From Octopus sinensis (taxonomy: Eukaryota), in contig NC_043000.1 of the NCBI RefSeq assembly GCF_006345805.1, positions 152,210,001 through 152,274,000 of the forward strand: a stretch of DNA of 64,000 nucleotides, in the 5' to 3' direction. Positions within the stretch are counted from its first letter, which is position 1. Each line of letters starts with the position of its first letter. The notes under the pieces were generated by a model. It was not told the origin of the DNA, searched no databases, and saw only the letters and a list, made by a program, of their open reading frames with translations. The translations under genes were made by a program, and so were the position numbers. Positions 35,990 through 50,500 of this stretch are shown in pieces.

Positions 35990-38504
35990 ATGTTTGTGTG
36001 TTTGTCCCCCTAGCATTGCTTGACAACCGATGCTGGTGTGTTTACGTCCCCGTCACTTAGTGGTTCAGCAAAAGAGACCGATTGAATATGTACTGGGCTT
36101 ACAAAGAATAAGTCCTGGGGTCGAGTTGCTCGACTAAAGGCGGTGCTCCAGCATGGCCGCAGTCAAATGACTGAAACAAGTAAAAGAGAGTAAAAGAGTA
36201 ATAATTGATAAAAGCACTGACTCACCACAGTGTAGGATTTGCTCTGAGAAGGGAGAAAGTATAAGCCATATTGTTAGTGAGTGCTGTAAGCTCGCACAAC
36301 GCGAATACAAAAGGTGACATGACAACGTGGGCAGATATGTCCACTGGCTGTTGTGTGGTAAAGCAAACCTCGAGAGAGCCGTATAGTGGTATGAATGCAA
36401 GCCAGAGGGAGTAATGGAAAACGAACAATACAAAATACTCTGGGATTTTAACATACAATGCGACCTAGTCATAGAGGTGAGATGGCCAGATATGATCATC
36501 CATAAAGATGAAAAAGAAGCAAAGATAATAGATGTTGCAATACCAGGCAATTCGAGGGTGAAATATAAGGTAACAGAAGAGTGAGAAATACCAGCCACTG
36601 CGGGATGAGATAGAAAAGTCATGAGGCTTGAGGAAAGTAGTGGTGATACCGGTGGTAAATGGAGCATTAGGAGCAGTTCCCAAGAGCTTTGGAAAGCATA
36701 TTAAGAATATTGGAGCTGCAGTTGGGTACAGCTCGCATTCTAAGGAGAGTATTGTCTCTTTGAGTCACAGGAGAAGGCACTACTTGAAGCTTTTGGTGAT
36801 TTGTTATTGCCTGCTTTCAATTGAAGAACAACCAGTAATTAAGAACTATCCGAGAGTCTTTCAGAATAATAATAATAATAATAATAATGATAATACTAAT
36901 CATTGCTTGGAACTGCAAAAATTCTTTGCAGGGTTCTTGAAGCATGACAAGTAAACAAGTGTCACCTTAGTCTGCCGGCTGCCAACAGCTAACACTTTCT
37001 ATCATACCCAACAAAATAAGCTATGAGTTTTCATCCTATAATAATAACTGATTCTCATGGCTTCTGATTTTGACTGATTGAAAGCATTATCATGTACATT
37101 TTTGTTTTGGTATAAAAGATGGGCTATAGCAAATACCACTGATTTGCTTGTCAGTTGTTTGACCATAACCAGCATGTTCCTTAGTTGCTGACGATATGTG
37201 CATCTCTGATCACAAGCAGAAGTTTTAGGGGAGCATCATAGCCATGTATTGAGAGGAATTTTTTTGGGTTTGAATAATTCACCTCTGGAAATTTGGGTGT
37301 TTCATTCAACATCCTTAAACAACAGGCGCAAGAGTGGCTGTGTGGTAAGTAGCTTGCTTACCAACCACATGGTTCCGGGTCCAGTCCCACTGCGTGGCAT
37401 CTTGGGCAAGTGTCTTCTGCTATAGCCTTGGGCCGACCAATGCCTTGTGAGTGGATTTGGTAGACGGAAACTGAAAGAAGCCTGTCGTATATATGTATAT
37501 ATATATGTATGTGTGTGTATATGTTTGTGTGTCTGTGTTTGTCCCCCTAGCATTGCTTGACAACCGATGCTGGTGTGTTTACGTCCCTGTCACTTAGCGT
37601 TTCGGCAAAAAGAGACCGATAGAATAAGTACTGGGCTTACAAAGAATAAGTCCTGGGGTCGATTTGCTCGACTAAAGGCGGTGCTCCAGCATGGCCGCAG
37701 TCAAATGACTGAAACAAGTAAAAGAGTAACCCTTATTCAGGGACCTTTTGAGTGGGATGGGTTACTCAACCTGAAAAAAAATTCTAATTGGGCCCCACCT
37801 GCAAGGTCATGTGCTGTTTATCTTGATATGAGTTCACCATGTCGTGCACATATAATTGTGATGCATGTGCCTGGTGTATTCTTATCAGATGGGTAGTCAT
37901 GATGAGTATATTTGGCTTCGTATATATGTGAAGGCGCATGGCTCAGTGGTTAGAGCATTGAGCTTATGATCGTGAGGTTGTGATTCGGAATCATGGACCG
38001 GGCTGCATGTTGTGTTCTTGAGCAAGACACTTTATTTCATGTTGCTCCAGTTCACTCAGCTGTAGAAATGAGTTGCAATGTCACAGCTGCCAAGCTGTAT
38101 CAACCCCTTTGCCTTTCCCTTGGATAACATTAGTGGCATGGAGAGGGGAGGCTGGTATGCATGGGCGACTGCTGGTCTCCCATAAACAACCTTGCCCGGA
38201 CTTGTGCCTGGGAGGGTAACTTTCTAGGTGCAATCCCATGGTCTCTGTTGTGACTGAAGGGTGTCTCAGAATATTTTACCCCAGTGTCACTTTGATGGCA
38301 TGCACTACTCTCTCACTCAATAATAATAATGATATTGATAATATTGATAATAATAATATTAATGATAACAATAATGATAATATTAATGATAACAATAATA
38401 ATAATGATAATAATATTAATGATAATAATGATCATAATATTAATGATGATAATAATAATGATGATAATAATAATAATGATGATGATGATAATAATAATAA
38501 TAAT

Positions 38505-38537
<33 letters not shown>

Positions 38538-40285
38538 GCAATTAATAATTTAAGACCTTCAAAATGAATTAAATGGAATAAGTCTGAGTAAAACTGTTAA
38601 TAAATTGGAACATGAATATGACCATGTTTGTGTGTATATAAGATGAAAAAGTATTGTGCTTGTGAAAAGATAGAGGCAGAGTAACTTAAATAAATAAGAT
38701 CAGCTATAAATGTCTTTGAGAGATTCCCTATGAATCATTATAGACATGTTTATATTTTGAGGTATTATTATCTTCAGTACAACATACTTTTTGAGTAGTT
38801 ATAAGAATCAAATAACTAAGTGATACTTTTGTCTTTAAAAGGTGCGTAATGGAGACCAGGCCAATAGCCCTTTACTTGGGAAATTTTGTGGACGTACTTT
38901 ACCATCAAGATTAACGTCATCAAATTCAGCTTTAAGACTTCACTTTGTTACTGATACCTCTCTAGTAAAACTTGGTTTCAGAGTAGAATATTTCCAGACT
39001 GGTAAGTTAATTGCAAAATTACTGTCCTATATTTCCATTTTAATGACTAATTATTAAACATCTGCTTTGATTACTTTTCACTTTTTTGTAGATTAATTTT
39101 TTGTTTCATTTAAATTTAATATGTCAAACCGTGACCTGTTTATTGACAAAATTCCATACTGCATGGGAATTTTGTCAGTGAACAGGTCACGGTTTCAAAC
39201 TGACGAAAATATTTTGACAAATTAAATTTAAATGTTGAAGTGGATCTAATTATAAACACCTTCCATGCTGCAATTGTTTTTGTTTCAGTACACAATCTCA
39301 GATCAGGTCACTTGCTATGCAAGTACATCTCCATAATTTTTGTTTCATGTTAGCCTGTTTTTTTTCATGTTTTCAGTTGCATAGGTCTTATTGTTTTAAA
39401 ATAATCAATTCATTTAAAATGATTTATTTTACATTCTTTAGTAAATTTTAAAAATTTGTTCACACAATATATACTGGTAGTAGTCTTCATATAAGCCAAA
39501 CTTATGACCCAGTTTTAATTCTTGGTTGGAGCCTACATGCTTCATGTACACACACACACACACACTGACTACAGAATTTTTGTAGTGTAGATTCCATCGG
39601 AGGATTTTTTATTCTTAAGTGAGAACAATAAAGAATATTTGTGAGACAATAAATAACTGTTTTCAATGCAGAGCCAGGCAGCTTTGAGGCTGCAGGAAAA
39701 AACAAAACTGATTCTTTTTATAATGAAAATTGCTGAATGTGTCTAAATATTAGTGGTCTAATTAGATGAAAAATCACAAAAGAAAAAACAATCCTGTAAC
39801 TTCCTTACAAATGACAAGCGAAAGTGGCATATCTGATGAGCTAGAAAATCTTTATATATAAAAGTGAGGTTGTGTGCTGTCTGTCTCCTACGATTTAGAT
39901 TCCTAACTACTCCCACATTTTGCGGTGCAGTTTAACCAAAAGCGGGTATCTTATAGTCGTGATTCATATCGAGCCCTTCTGGGTATTAGCGCGCGTCTAC
40001 GATGAGTCTACGATTAAAAAAAAAATTTTACCATCAATTTTTCCCATTTTTAATGTATTTTTGGCATATATAAGGGAAGTAACTCTCTAAAAATGTATTA
40101 TTAAATCTCAGAACGTAAAAAGCTACAGTAACACCCCCCCCTTTGTGGTTAGCCATATTGAGATGGCTATTATACTTTACATCTCTAAAAATGCTTATAT
40201 AGTTATTTCCCTTACAAACCCGAGCAACGCTGGGCGATACTGCTAGTTTAGTATAAAATGATACTACAGGAGACCATCAACTCAG

Positions 40286-40335
<50 letters not shown>

Positions 40336-43300
40336 TAAAGTAAGAGCTACACTACAGTGTGGAAGTGAGAGAGACAAACTTATGTCTGTGAATAGATGAT
40401 GTAGATAAAGCAATATTTGTATGCCTCTGTGTTTCAATAGAGTTAGTATCTGCTACATTTAGCTCCTTTCTTAGATGAACAGAGGAACAAGTCCAACTGA
40501 GTTGCTGTCTGAATGTACCTAACATCCCTTTAAGATGGACACAGAAAAAGTAGCACTGAAGGTGCACCATTGGTGATAAACTGCCCTACGGAACGGTTGA
40601 TCTGGTTGACAAAGATACAAGCTGAAGTGACAAAGGCCAGGACAAACCTTTGTAGACATGGAAATCCATTGTCTTTGGTCTAGACTAGCCACAAGCTAAT
40701 CAAGATCAACAAAGCAGAAGTGTTTAACACCTGCAAGTGTATAGAAGAAAGTGTAGCCGTATTTCGTCTGCTGTTACGTTCTGAGTTCAAATTCCGCCGA
40801 GGTCGACTTTGCCTTTCATCCTTTCGGGGTCGATAAATTAAGTACCAGTAACGCACTGAGGTCGATATAATCGACTTTGTCTGTCCTTGTTTGTCCTCCC
40901 TGTGTTTAGCCCCTTATGGGTAGTAAAGAAATAAATATATATTTCTTTACTGCCCACAAAGGGCTAAACATAGAGGAGACAATCAAGGACAGACAAAGGG
41001 ATTAAGTCGATTACATTGACTCCAGTTCGAAGCTGGTACTTTATTTATCGACCCCGAAAGGATAAAAGGCAAAGTCGACCTCAGCGGAATTTGAACTCAG
41101 AACATAACGACAGACAAAATACCGCTAAGCATTTTGCCTGGTGTGCTAACGCTTCTGCCAGCTCGCTGCCTTACAATATTATAGAAGCCTATAAGAAGAC
41201 TATCAGCTCAGAAAGTCACAAGTACATTGCCTTAAAAAAGTGACAGCATCAATGTAAAACAAGTAGTGAATATCCAATGGAGCGGCAATATATCTCCTTT
41301 TCGCCTTTGGCCCAGTGCGTCCATGCTGCCAACAAAGCACGTGGAGTTCTGTTCTTGATTCGACGGTCATTCGGAATGCTCACAGCAGCCATATTCCTAC
41401 CGCTCTATGTCACGCTGGTGAGACCCATATTGGAGTACGGGATTCAAGCCTCTTCTCCTTATTGCCTCAAAGGCATACAGCATCTCGAAAGAGTCCAGAA
41501 GCTGGCTACCCGCATGATTCTTGGTCTCAAGAATTTGTCTTATGAAGAAAGGCTGAAGACGCTCAACCTTTATTCTCTAGAAAAACGATGACGCCGTGGT
41601 GATCTCATTCTCGCTCACAACAAGTGTAACCTCTCGAAAGAGTTGTTCTTCCCTCCTGCTCCAGAGCGTCGGCTGCGGGGTCATTCCGAAAAGCTCTATC
41701 TGCGACGATTTCATCTCAATCGAAGGAGAGGGGCTTTCTCCGTTCGGGTTGCGGATCCGTGGAATAAGCTGCTGGATGAGATAGTGAAGATGCCGACGAC
41801 CACTTGGTTCAAAGTCTCCCTTGACCACAAGTGGCCTGAACTCTTTACATGAACACCAACCAGTACTTAACTCCATGTTCCCCTACATGGCCTTGCTTTT
41901 TGCTTTTTGAGCCAAAAAATTAACTAACTAACTAAGTAACTAACTAATGTAACTGACTAAAACATGATGTTTGTCAGTAAAGTAGTTCATAATAGAACAC
42001 CATATATACATGTATCAGATACAGAAGTTGCATATATGTACTTGATGTAATGAAGCAAGGTGAAATGGAAAAAAAATTAGTGTTTTGCAAGTGTTTTACA
42101 TGAATAGTAGTTAAGGCTAAAAAACTGCAGATGACAAAAGAAAAAGAATCAGGTACTATTTAGCTAAATTATTTGTGTGTGTCTGTGTGTGTGTGTGTGA
42201 GAGAGAGAGAGAGTGTGTGTGTGTGTATTTTTTCTAAGCAAATTGTTAGAATAGTTACAACTAAATTATCCTTTTCTACTCTAGGCACAAGGCCTAAAAT
42301 TTTTGGAGAAGGGGCCAGTCGATTCGATCGACTCCTGCTGAAGGATTCATCTTTTGGCAAACTTTAACCAGACAAAACCTATTGGATAGAGCTGGAAATC
42401 ACAGGCATGCAAAATGAGTGAAGTTTTTTTAGTGAAATACTGAAATTTGCAAACTTTGTTGAAAACTTAGCATCACCTTACAACACCTGAATTTTTGATA
42501 CTTGTGGCAGCAAAATACTAGTTGTTGCTTGATTTACCCTGCAAAAGTGTCATCAAATTTTTGTTAAAATTGATAAAAAAAAAATCTAAGTTTAAAAATT
42601 ACTCTTTTAAAAAAAAATCTGTATTACAATGTGCTGAATTGTTGTATATTTAGGTTGTGTAAGGAAGCTAACTTCGCTTTCTGGAAAACTAAGAGCAAGG
42701 AGTTGGCATGTCAATGATTACTTTTGTATCTGGCTTATTACTGTCAATCCTGGGAGAAAGGTACAGTTAAATGTTACCCGTGTAACATTAGGAGGTTCTG
42801 AAGTATGCAATTCAACATTTTTAAAGGTATTCATTAAAATTATTATAAAAAAGTTTAACCTTTTAATTAATTTAAATAAAATATTTTGACCTGTTTTAAC
42901 TCTATTTTTAACTCTATTTTTTGATAATAGTATGAATGATTTGATGTTTGAAAATTTGGATTTTTGCATACTATTGTAACACTATTTTTCACAATTGGTT
43001 CCTTCTTTTAGTAACCACTTTGTTGTGAATAAGGAGTAATGTTTGCTGTCATTCTAGCAAAATCAAGCAAGAAGAGTTAGGTTCCTTGCCTATGAACCTA
43101 GCGCAGTAGATGAGACTTAAAATGGTCATGGACAACAAGTAATACTTGAGCTGCCTGTGGCCCATCATGATTCTTTTGGTATGGCATGTACAGTGTCATA
43201 ATTCTTTAAGCATATTACTGAAATTTTGTAGCATGATTTTATGGGTCCACCTATTAATTAAAGCAATTCTCTCTCTTCTCCTCTCTCTCCTTGTTTGAGG

Positions 43301-45723
43301 TTACTGGGTAATTCCCCAAATTATCAACCATTGAAGATGTATTACATACCTATAAGCAATGTTTGTTAAATCATTTTTTAGTGATGTGGCCTGACTTAAG
43401 CTAAGTAGTATTTCACAGCTTTAAATCATGATCAGTTGTCCAACACCTTATTCTCAGAATTATTGTGTTGCTACAAGCTCTTAAGTTGTGTAATGTTTTT
43501 AAAAAGTTTCAGAAATAATTTAGAATTACAAATTCTTTGTTATATAAAATATCATTAATCAAAGGGTAGCAATTACCTAACTAGTTAGTAGTCACATCGT
43601 TAGTGATCCAGTTATTTATTATTTTTTTCAGGTTTTTGATGGTGATAATTTAAAATCTTCAGTGCTAGCAAACTTATGTCACAGTATACCAAAACCCATG
43701 CTGCTCACTTCCACTGGAAATAAAATGACTGTATTGTATGCAACTGCTAAATTTGCTCCAGATGGTTTTCAAGTAGAATATAAGGAAATTAAAGGAGGTG
43801 AGAAAATTTTTTGTTGCTGTCTTCTACCATTTCTCTATTCTTCATAAAGTATTCAGTCACCACTTTGATCATCAAAGATTTAATGTTTTCCTCCCATATT
43901 GACATGAATTAAGTATGTTTGTTGAAGAATTTCTCTCTGTTCATTTCTATCTTTTGTTATTGCCCTCATGGTACCTCATGTTCTTGTTTACCACTCCTTG
44001 TTAATATAAGGTCATTAATATAAGGTTATGACGACGAGGGTTCCGGTTGATCCGATCAACGGAACAGCCTGCTCGTGAAATTAACGTGTAAGTGGCTGAG
44101 CACTCCACAGACACGTGTACCCTTAACGTAGTTCTCGGGGATATTCAGAATGACAAGGCCGGCCCTTTGAAATACAGGTACAACAGAAACAGGAAGTAAG
44201 AGTGAGAGAAAGTTGTGGTGAAAGAGTACAGCAGGGATCACCACCATCCCCTGCCGGAGCCTCGTGGAGCTTTTAGGTGTTTTCGCTCAATAAACACTCA
44301 CAACGCCTGGTCTGGGAATCGAAACTGGGCCATTGCGCCTCCACATGTTTTTAATACAAGCATATGAATATTAAAGCAAACATTTAGATTACATTAGACA
44401 GAGTTGAAGGAGTGGTAAAGTAGCCAAGTTGTTGGCAGTTCATATATTCTCATTGTCTTTAATTCTTACATCAACCCCTTTTCTCTCTGCTCTGAACATT
44501 TTTCCTACCTATTCTGACACTTTTATCACAGTAATTGACCTTTATTTTTCTATCTCTGAACATTATAAACCACTTGGTTTTTTAACCCTTACTTTCACTT
44601 TTACTTTGACGTTTCTCCTTCTCATCTTACTCACACTAAAGCTGCCTTCTCCTTGTTTTGCAATTTCTCCAACACCAGATTATACAGCAATGATTTTGAT
44701 TCCCATTCCAAATCCGAAGAAATGTTCTAATTCTTCTTTGTAAAGGTTAATCAGAATCAACAATTGATGCCATGCTCTACCAAGTCCAGACTACTGACAG
44801 AATCCCAGCACTCTAACTTCACAACATACACACCTGAAGATAGGGCTTCCTACTCTTCTACTTTTTACCTGCTAGCTTTAACTTCTTCAACAATTTTCAT
44901 CTTACTTCTGCCGCCCCTCAAATGTTTCCTAGATTTTTTAATTCTCCTCTCTTTCAAAATAAGCTAAAACTCCTGGTTAGAGGCTTTCTTTTTCTACTTT
45001 TATATCTGAAACTTACAAATCCCCCCACTCTATGTCCTGCCTTCAGCACCAACCCTAAATCCAATTCCAACTCACTAATTACTTTCAACAGTCTTTATTG
45101 TGTGAATGTAAACTCTGCAGACACATACCAACAAGAGATTATCAAGATAACTAAGATGTTTCAGAGTTACAACTAATGTGCCGGTAAGCATCAGTTTCAA
45201 AGGGCAGTTATAAAAGAGTTGAGATTATCAGTCAAAAACTGCCATGATCTGTCTACTTTATATTAGAGACTTGTAGGAAAAATAATTCAGAAGATTTGTG
45301 ATCCATATAACATCAGGGCAGTTAAAAATAGGTCTACTCTTTGGGGACATATCTCCTAAATATTGTTTCTGTTAGAAGGTACCATAGCCAAATATTTGTG
45401 AAATTCATCCCATATGGTTATAATCATCATCATCATCGTTTAGCGTCTGCTTTCCATGCTGGCATGGGTTGGACGGTGCAACTGGGGTCTGGGAAGCCAG
45501 AAGGCTGCACCAGGCCCAGTCTGATCTGGCAATGTTTCTATGACTGGATGCCCTTCCTAACGCCAACCACTCCATGAGTGTAGTGGGTGCTTTTTACGTG
45601 CCACCGGCACAGGTGCCAGACGAGGCTGGCAAATGGCCACGATCGGATGGTGCTTTTTACATGCCACCGGCACAGAGGCCAGTCAGGGCGGCGCTGGCAA
45701 CGGCCACGTTTGGATGGTTCTCT

Positions 45724-45757
<34 letters not shown>

Positions 45758-47459
45758 GCACTCTATTGGTTGTGACGGTGAGAGTACCAGTTGATCCAAT
45801 CAACGGAACAACCTACTTGTGAAATTAACGTGCAAGTGGTTGAGTAATTAACCAAATTAACATGCATGCAGCTGACCACTCCACAGATACGTGTACTCTT
45901 AATGTAGTTCTCAGGGAGATACCGCATGACACAATTACAGGTGCTACTCATTTTTGCCAGCTGAGTGGACTGGGGCAACATGAAATAAAGTGTCTTGCTC
46001 AAGGACACAACACATGGCTGGAAATTGTACTCACGGCCTTACAATCATGAGCCAAATGCTCCTAACCAGTAAGCCATGTGCTTTCACTCCCACCCACATG
46101 ATTATGGTATTCAATATAATGGTAAAACTTATGGTACATTAATAGTAAGGTTATAGGAACATCATAAATCTGTATTCTGCAGGTACCTGTAAGAGAAGCT
46201 TCATTTTGGTATATGTAGCATGGGGAGAAGCTAACAAAAAAAAAGGTGTAAGGTTTCATCATCATCATCATCATCGTTTAACGTCCCTTTTCCATGCTAG
46301 CATGGGTTGGACGGTTCAACAGGGTCTGGGAAGCCAGAAGGCTGCACCAGGCTCCAGTCTTATCTGGCAGTGTTTCCACAGCTGGATGCCCTTCCTAACG
46401 CCAACCACTCTGTGAGTGTAGTGGGTGCTTTTTACGTGCCACCTGCACAGGTGCCAGACGAGGCTGGCAAACGGCCACGATCGGATGGTGCTTTTTACAT
46501 GCCACCGGCACAGGGGTCAGACGAGGCTGGCAAACGGCCACGATCGGATGGTGCTTTTTACGTGCCACCGGCACAGGGGTCAGACGAGGCTGGCAAACGG
46601 CTACGATCGGATGGTGCTTTTTACATGCCACCGGCACAGGGGTCAGACGAGGCTGGCAAACGGCCACGATCGGATGGTGCTTTTTACATGCCACCGGCAC
46701 AGGGGTCAGACGAGGCTGGCAAACGGCCACGATCGGATGGTGCTTTTTACGTGCCACCGGCACGGGGGCCAGGCGAGGCTGGCAACAGCCACAATCGCAG
46801 TATTTCAAAGCAGTACTAGTATGAATGAAAACATAGGGGAAGTATATGCAGTATTACAACACTACTGTTAACAGACCTAACTGAAGGAGCAGCTGAATAG
46901 TTAAAAGTGCAACGAAAAGTATGAAGGCAGGGATAGCTGCTAATGAATGGATTATCGGAGATAACTGCTGAAAATATCTAAGTCATATCTTGGCCACGTG
47001 CTTGTGATTTGTACAGTCAATCAGGTAGTGCAGGTAAATTTCATAACCAGTGATTGGCATTACAGTATCACATTCAAATGTTACCATGGTAAAAGATTTC
47101 CTTTGTAGGAAGCAAATATAGAAGAATTAAACTGATGGCCCAAATTTGGTAAGTAACAAAAAGAGTTAGAGCACAAGAGTTATAGATTAAGTAGAGAATT
47201 AGCTCAGAAGAGAGTCAATTTGAGTAGCACTGATGCACGGTCTGAGTAAGATGACCGCAGAAATTCTTAGGAAAAAAACAAGGCGCAGGAGTGGCTGTGT
47301 GGTAAGTAGCTTGCGAACCAACCACATGGTTCCGGGTTCAATCCCACTGCGTGGAATCTTGGGCAAGTGTCTTCTGCTATAGCCCCGGGCCGACCAATGC
47401 CTTGTGAGTGGATTTGGTAGACGGAAACTGAAAGAAGCCCGTCGTATATGTATATATAT

Positions 47460-47503
<44 letters not shown>

Positions 47504-50500
47504 TGTGTGTGTATATGTTTGTGTGTCTGTGTTTGTTCCCCTAGCATTGCTTGACAACCGATGCTGGTGTGTTTACGTCCCTGTCACTTAGTGGTTCGGC
47601 AAAAGAGACCAATAGAATAAGTACTGGGCTTACAAAGAATAAGTCCTGGGGTCAATTTGCTCGACTAAAGGCGGTGCTCCAGCATGGCCGCAGTCAAATG
47701 ACTGAAACAAGTAAAAGAGTAAAAGAGTAAAGAGTAAGTCATTATATCTAAAATTTGTTGACCTGGAGAAGACTTTTGATAGGGTACAACACTCTGTAGT
47801 GTCTGTTAAGAGAAGTAGGTTTAGATGAATGGCTGATGAAAGTTAAGCAATCTATGTAGAGATTCTGTCAGAAAAGAGAAAGTTGGCAATGAATTCAGCA
47901 AGGAATTTAGCTTACAATTAAGTGTCCATCAGGGCTCAGTTCTCAGTTCTCTCCTGTTAATTATAGTTCTTCACGTTATAATGATGGAAGTTTCAGATTG
48001 ACTGACCACTAGAACTCCTGTATGTTGATGACCTACTTCTCATAGCTGTATTTGTAAAGTGTGGAGGCGCAATGGCCCAGTGGTTAGGGCAGCGGACTCG
48101 CGGTCATAGGATTGCGGTCATAGGATCGCGGTTTCGATTCCCAGACCGGGCGTTGTGAGTGTTTATTGAGCGAAAACACCTAAAAGCTCCACGAGGCTCC
48201 GGCAGGGGATGGTGATGATCCCTGCTGTACTCTTTCACCACAACTTTCTCTCACTCTTACTTCCTGTTTCTGTTGTACCTGTATTTCAAAGGACCGGCCT
48301 TGTCACTCTCTGTGTCACGCTGAATATCCCCGAGAACTACGTTAAGGGTGCACGTGTCTGTGGAGTGCTCAGCCACTTACACGTTAATTTCACGAGCAGG
48401 CTGTTCCGTTGATTCGGATCAACCAGGACCCTTGTCGTCGTAACCGACGGAGTGCTTCCATCCATTTGTAAGGTATTACAGAAGAAATTTCAAAAAGAAA
48501 CAAAACCTAGAATTGAAAAGGCTTAAAGTAAACCTCATAAAGATAAAAGTTCTAGTTTGCTGAATAGTTTTAGCTTAGTCTACTACCATTTGGGAAGTGG
48601 TCAGGATTAATATGCAGTAAGGCGCAGGAGTGGCTGTGTGGTAAGTAGCTTGCTTACCAACCACATGGTTCCGGGTCCAGTCCCACTGCGTGTCATCTTG
48701 GGCAAGTGTCTTCTGCTATAGCCCCGGGCCGACCAATGCCTTGTGAGTGGATTTGGTAGACGGAAACTGAAAGAAGCCTGTCGTATATATGTATATATAT
48801 ATATGTATGTGTGTGTGTGTTTGTGTATCTGTGTTTGTTCCCCTAGCATTGCTTGACAACCGATGCTGGTGTGTTTACGTCCCCGTCACTTAGCGGTTCG
48901 GCAAAAGAGACCGATAGAATAAGTACTGGGCTTACAAAGAATAAGTCCCGGGGTCGATTTGCTTGACTAAAGGCGGTGCTCCAGCATGGCCGCAGTCAAA
49001 TGACTGAAACCAGTAAAAGAGAGTAAGAGAGTAATGATCTGATTAACAGTGGAGGGTAAGAATGGGAGTTGTAGAAACTCAGAGGGCTATTATATTTGCT
49101 GGCAACAAAGGTATTCTGTCTCTGTGTGAGGAGCAGATTGTTTGATGTTTGTTGTATGGAGTATGGTGTTGCATAAGAGCAGAACATGAGCGTTGAATGC
49201 AGAGAATATGTGAAGGTTGGATGTGTAATGTTTGAATGCATGAATGATAGAGCACAAATTGACTGGAAGATGAACATGTCGAGCAGATATAAAATTGATG
49301 ATAATGGTGATGATATAGAGGATTCAGACAATATCTTAGATTAAAATTTTGAGTGTATCTATATCATAATTTCATTCATCATCATCATCGTTTAACGTCC
49401 GCTTTCCATGCTAGCATGGGTTGGACGGTTCAACTGGGGTCTGGCAAGCCCGAAGGCTGCACCAGGCTCCAGTCAGATCTGGCAGTGTTTCTACAGCTGG
49501 ATGCCCTTCCTAACGCCAACCACTCCGAGAGTGTAGTGGGTGATTTTATGTGCCACCGACACAGGTGCCAGACGAGGCTGGCAGACGGCCATGCTCGGAT
49601 GGTGTTTTTTATGTGCCACTGACACAGGTGCCAGACGAGGCTGGCAGACGGCCACACTCGGATATGGTGTTTTCCTTATGTGCCACCGACACAGGTGCCA
49701 GACGAGGCTGGCGAACGGCTACAATTGGATGGTGTTTGTTACGTGCCCACGGCACGGAGGCCAGTCGATGCGGTACTGGCTACGGTCCCGTTCGGATGGT
49801 TTTCTTATGTGCCACAGGCACTGGTACTACAAGGATACAAATTCCATTGATGTTCATCTATTTTGATTTGGTTTGACTTGATTTGATTTGACTGTATTAT
49901 TTTCTTTCCTAGGTTGTGGTGGTAATTATGTTATACAGGATGGTTCACTCACATCACCTAACTATCCTCATAACTACCCACATAATTCAAATTGTGACTG
50001 GCTAATTACTCCTAAAAGAGGACATTTTGTAAAAATACAATTTGTAGATTTTCATATTAATGGAAACTGTTCATCAAACTATCTCACAGTAAGTAAAATT
50101 ATTGCTATATGGAAAATGTATATATAATAACCATGACTTTTTACTGGCAGTGAAACTGATGCAGGTTCTTGGAAATAAACATTTATGCTTTACTGTATTT
50201 TGATATTTTACAGCTTTTAGCTTGAATCTAATTGTTGTCATTACATTTCTTTGTAGTTATCATCATCATCATCGTTTAACGTCCGTTTTCCATGCTAGCA
50301 TGGGTTGGATGGTTCGACCGGGAAATCTGGGAAGCCAGAAGGCTGCACCAGGCTCCAGTCTGATCTGGCAGTGTTTCTACAGCTGGATGCTCTTCCTAAC
50401 GCCAACCACTCCGTGAGTGTAGTGGGTGCTTTTTACGTGCCAGGGGAGGCTGGCAATGCCCACGATCGGGTTGGTGCTTTTTACGTGCCACCGGCACGGA

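Noticed and set aside
38238-38567. Asn-rich and Ile-rich ORFs
   Set aside because: Translations of the (AAT/GAT)n microsatellite
44400-45200. Possible LINE ORF1 remnant on the minus strand
   Set aside because: Purine-rich and plausibly transposon-derived, but no motif I could identify with confidence
46257-46795. CRISPR-like array of regularly spaced hairpin repeats (also 24440-24740, 63745-63960)
   Set aside because: The intervening sequences are homologous to each other rather than unique spacers, no cas genes are present, and the array is embedded in an RTE LINE 3' UTR in animal DNA
46307-46871. Overlapping 137-170-aa repeat ORFs
   Set aside because: A 63-bp unit is a multiple of 3, so the VNTR opens frames on both strands; no sign of a real protein
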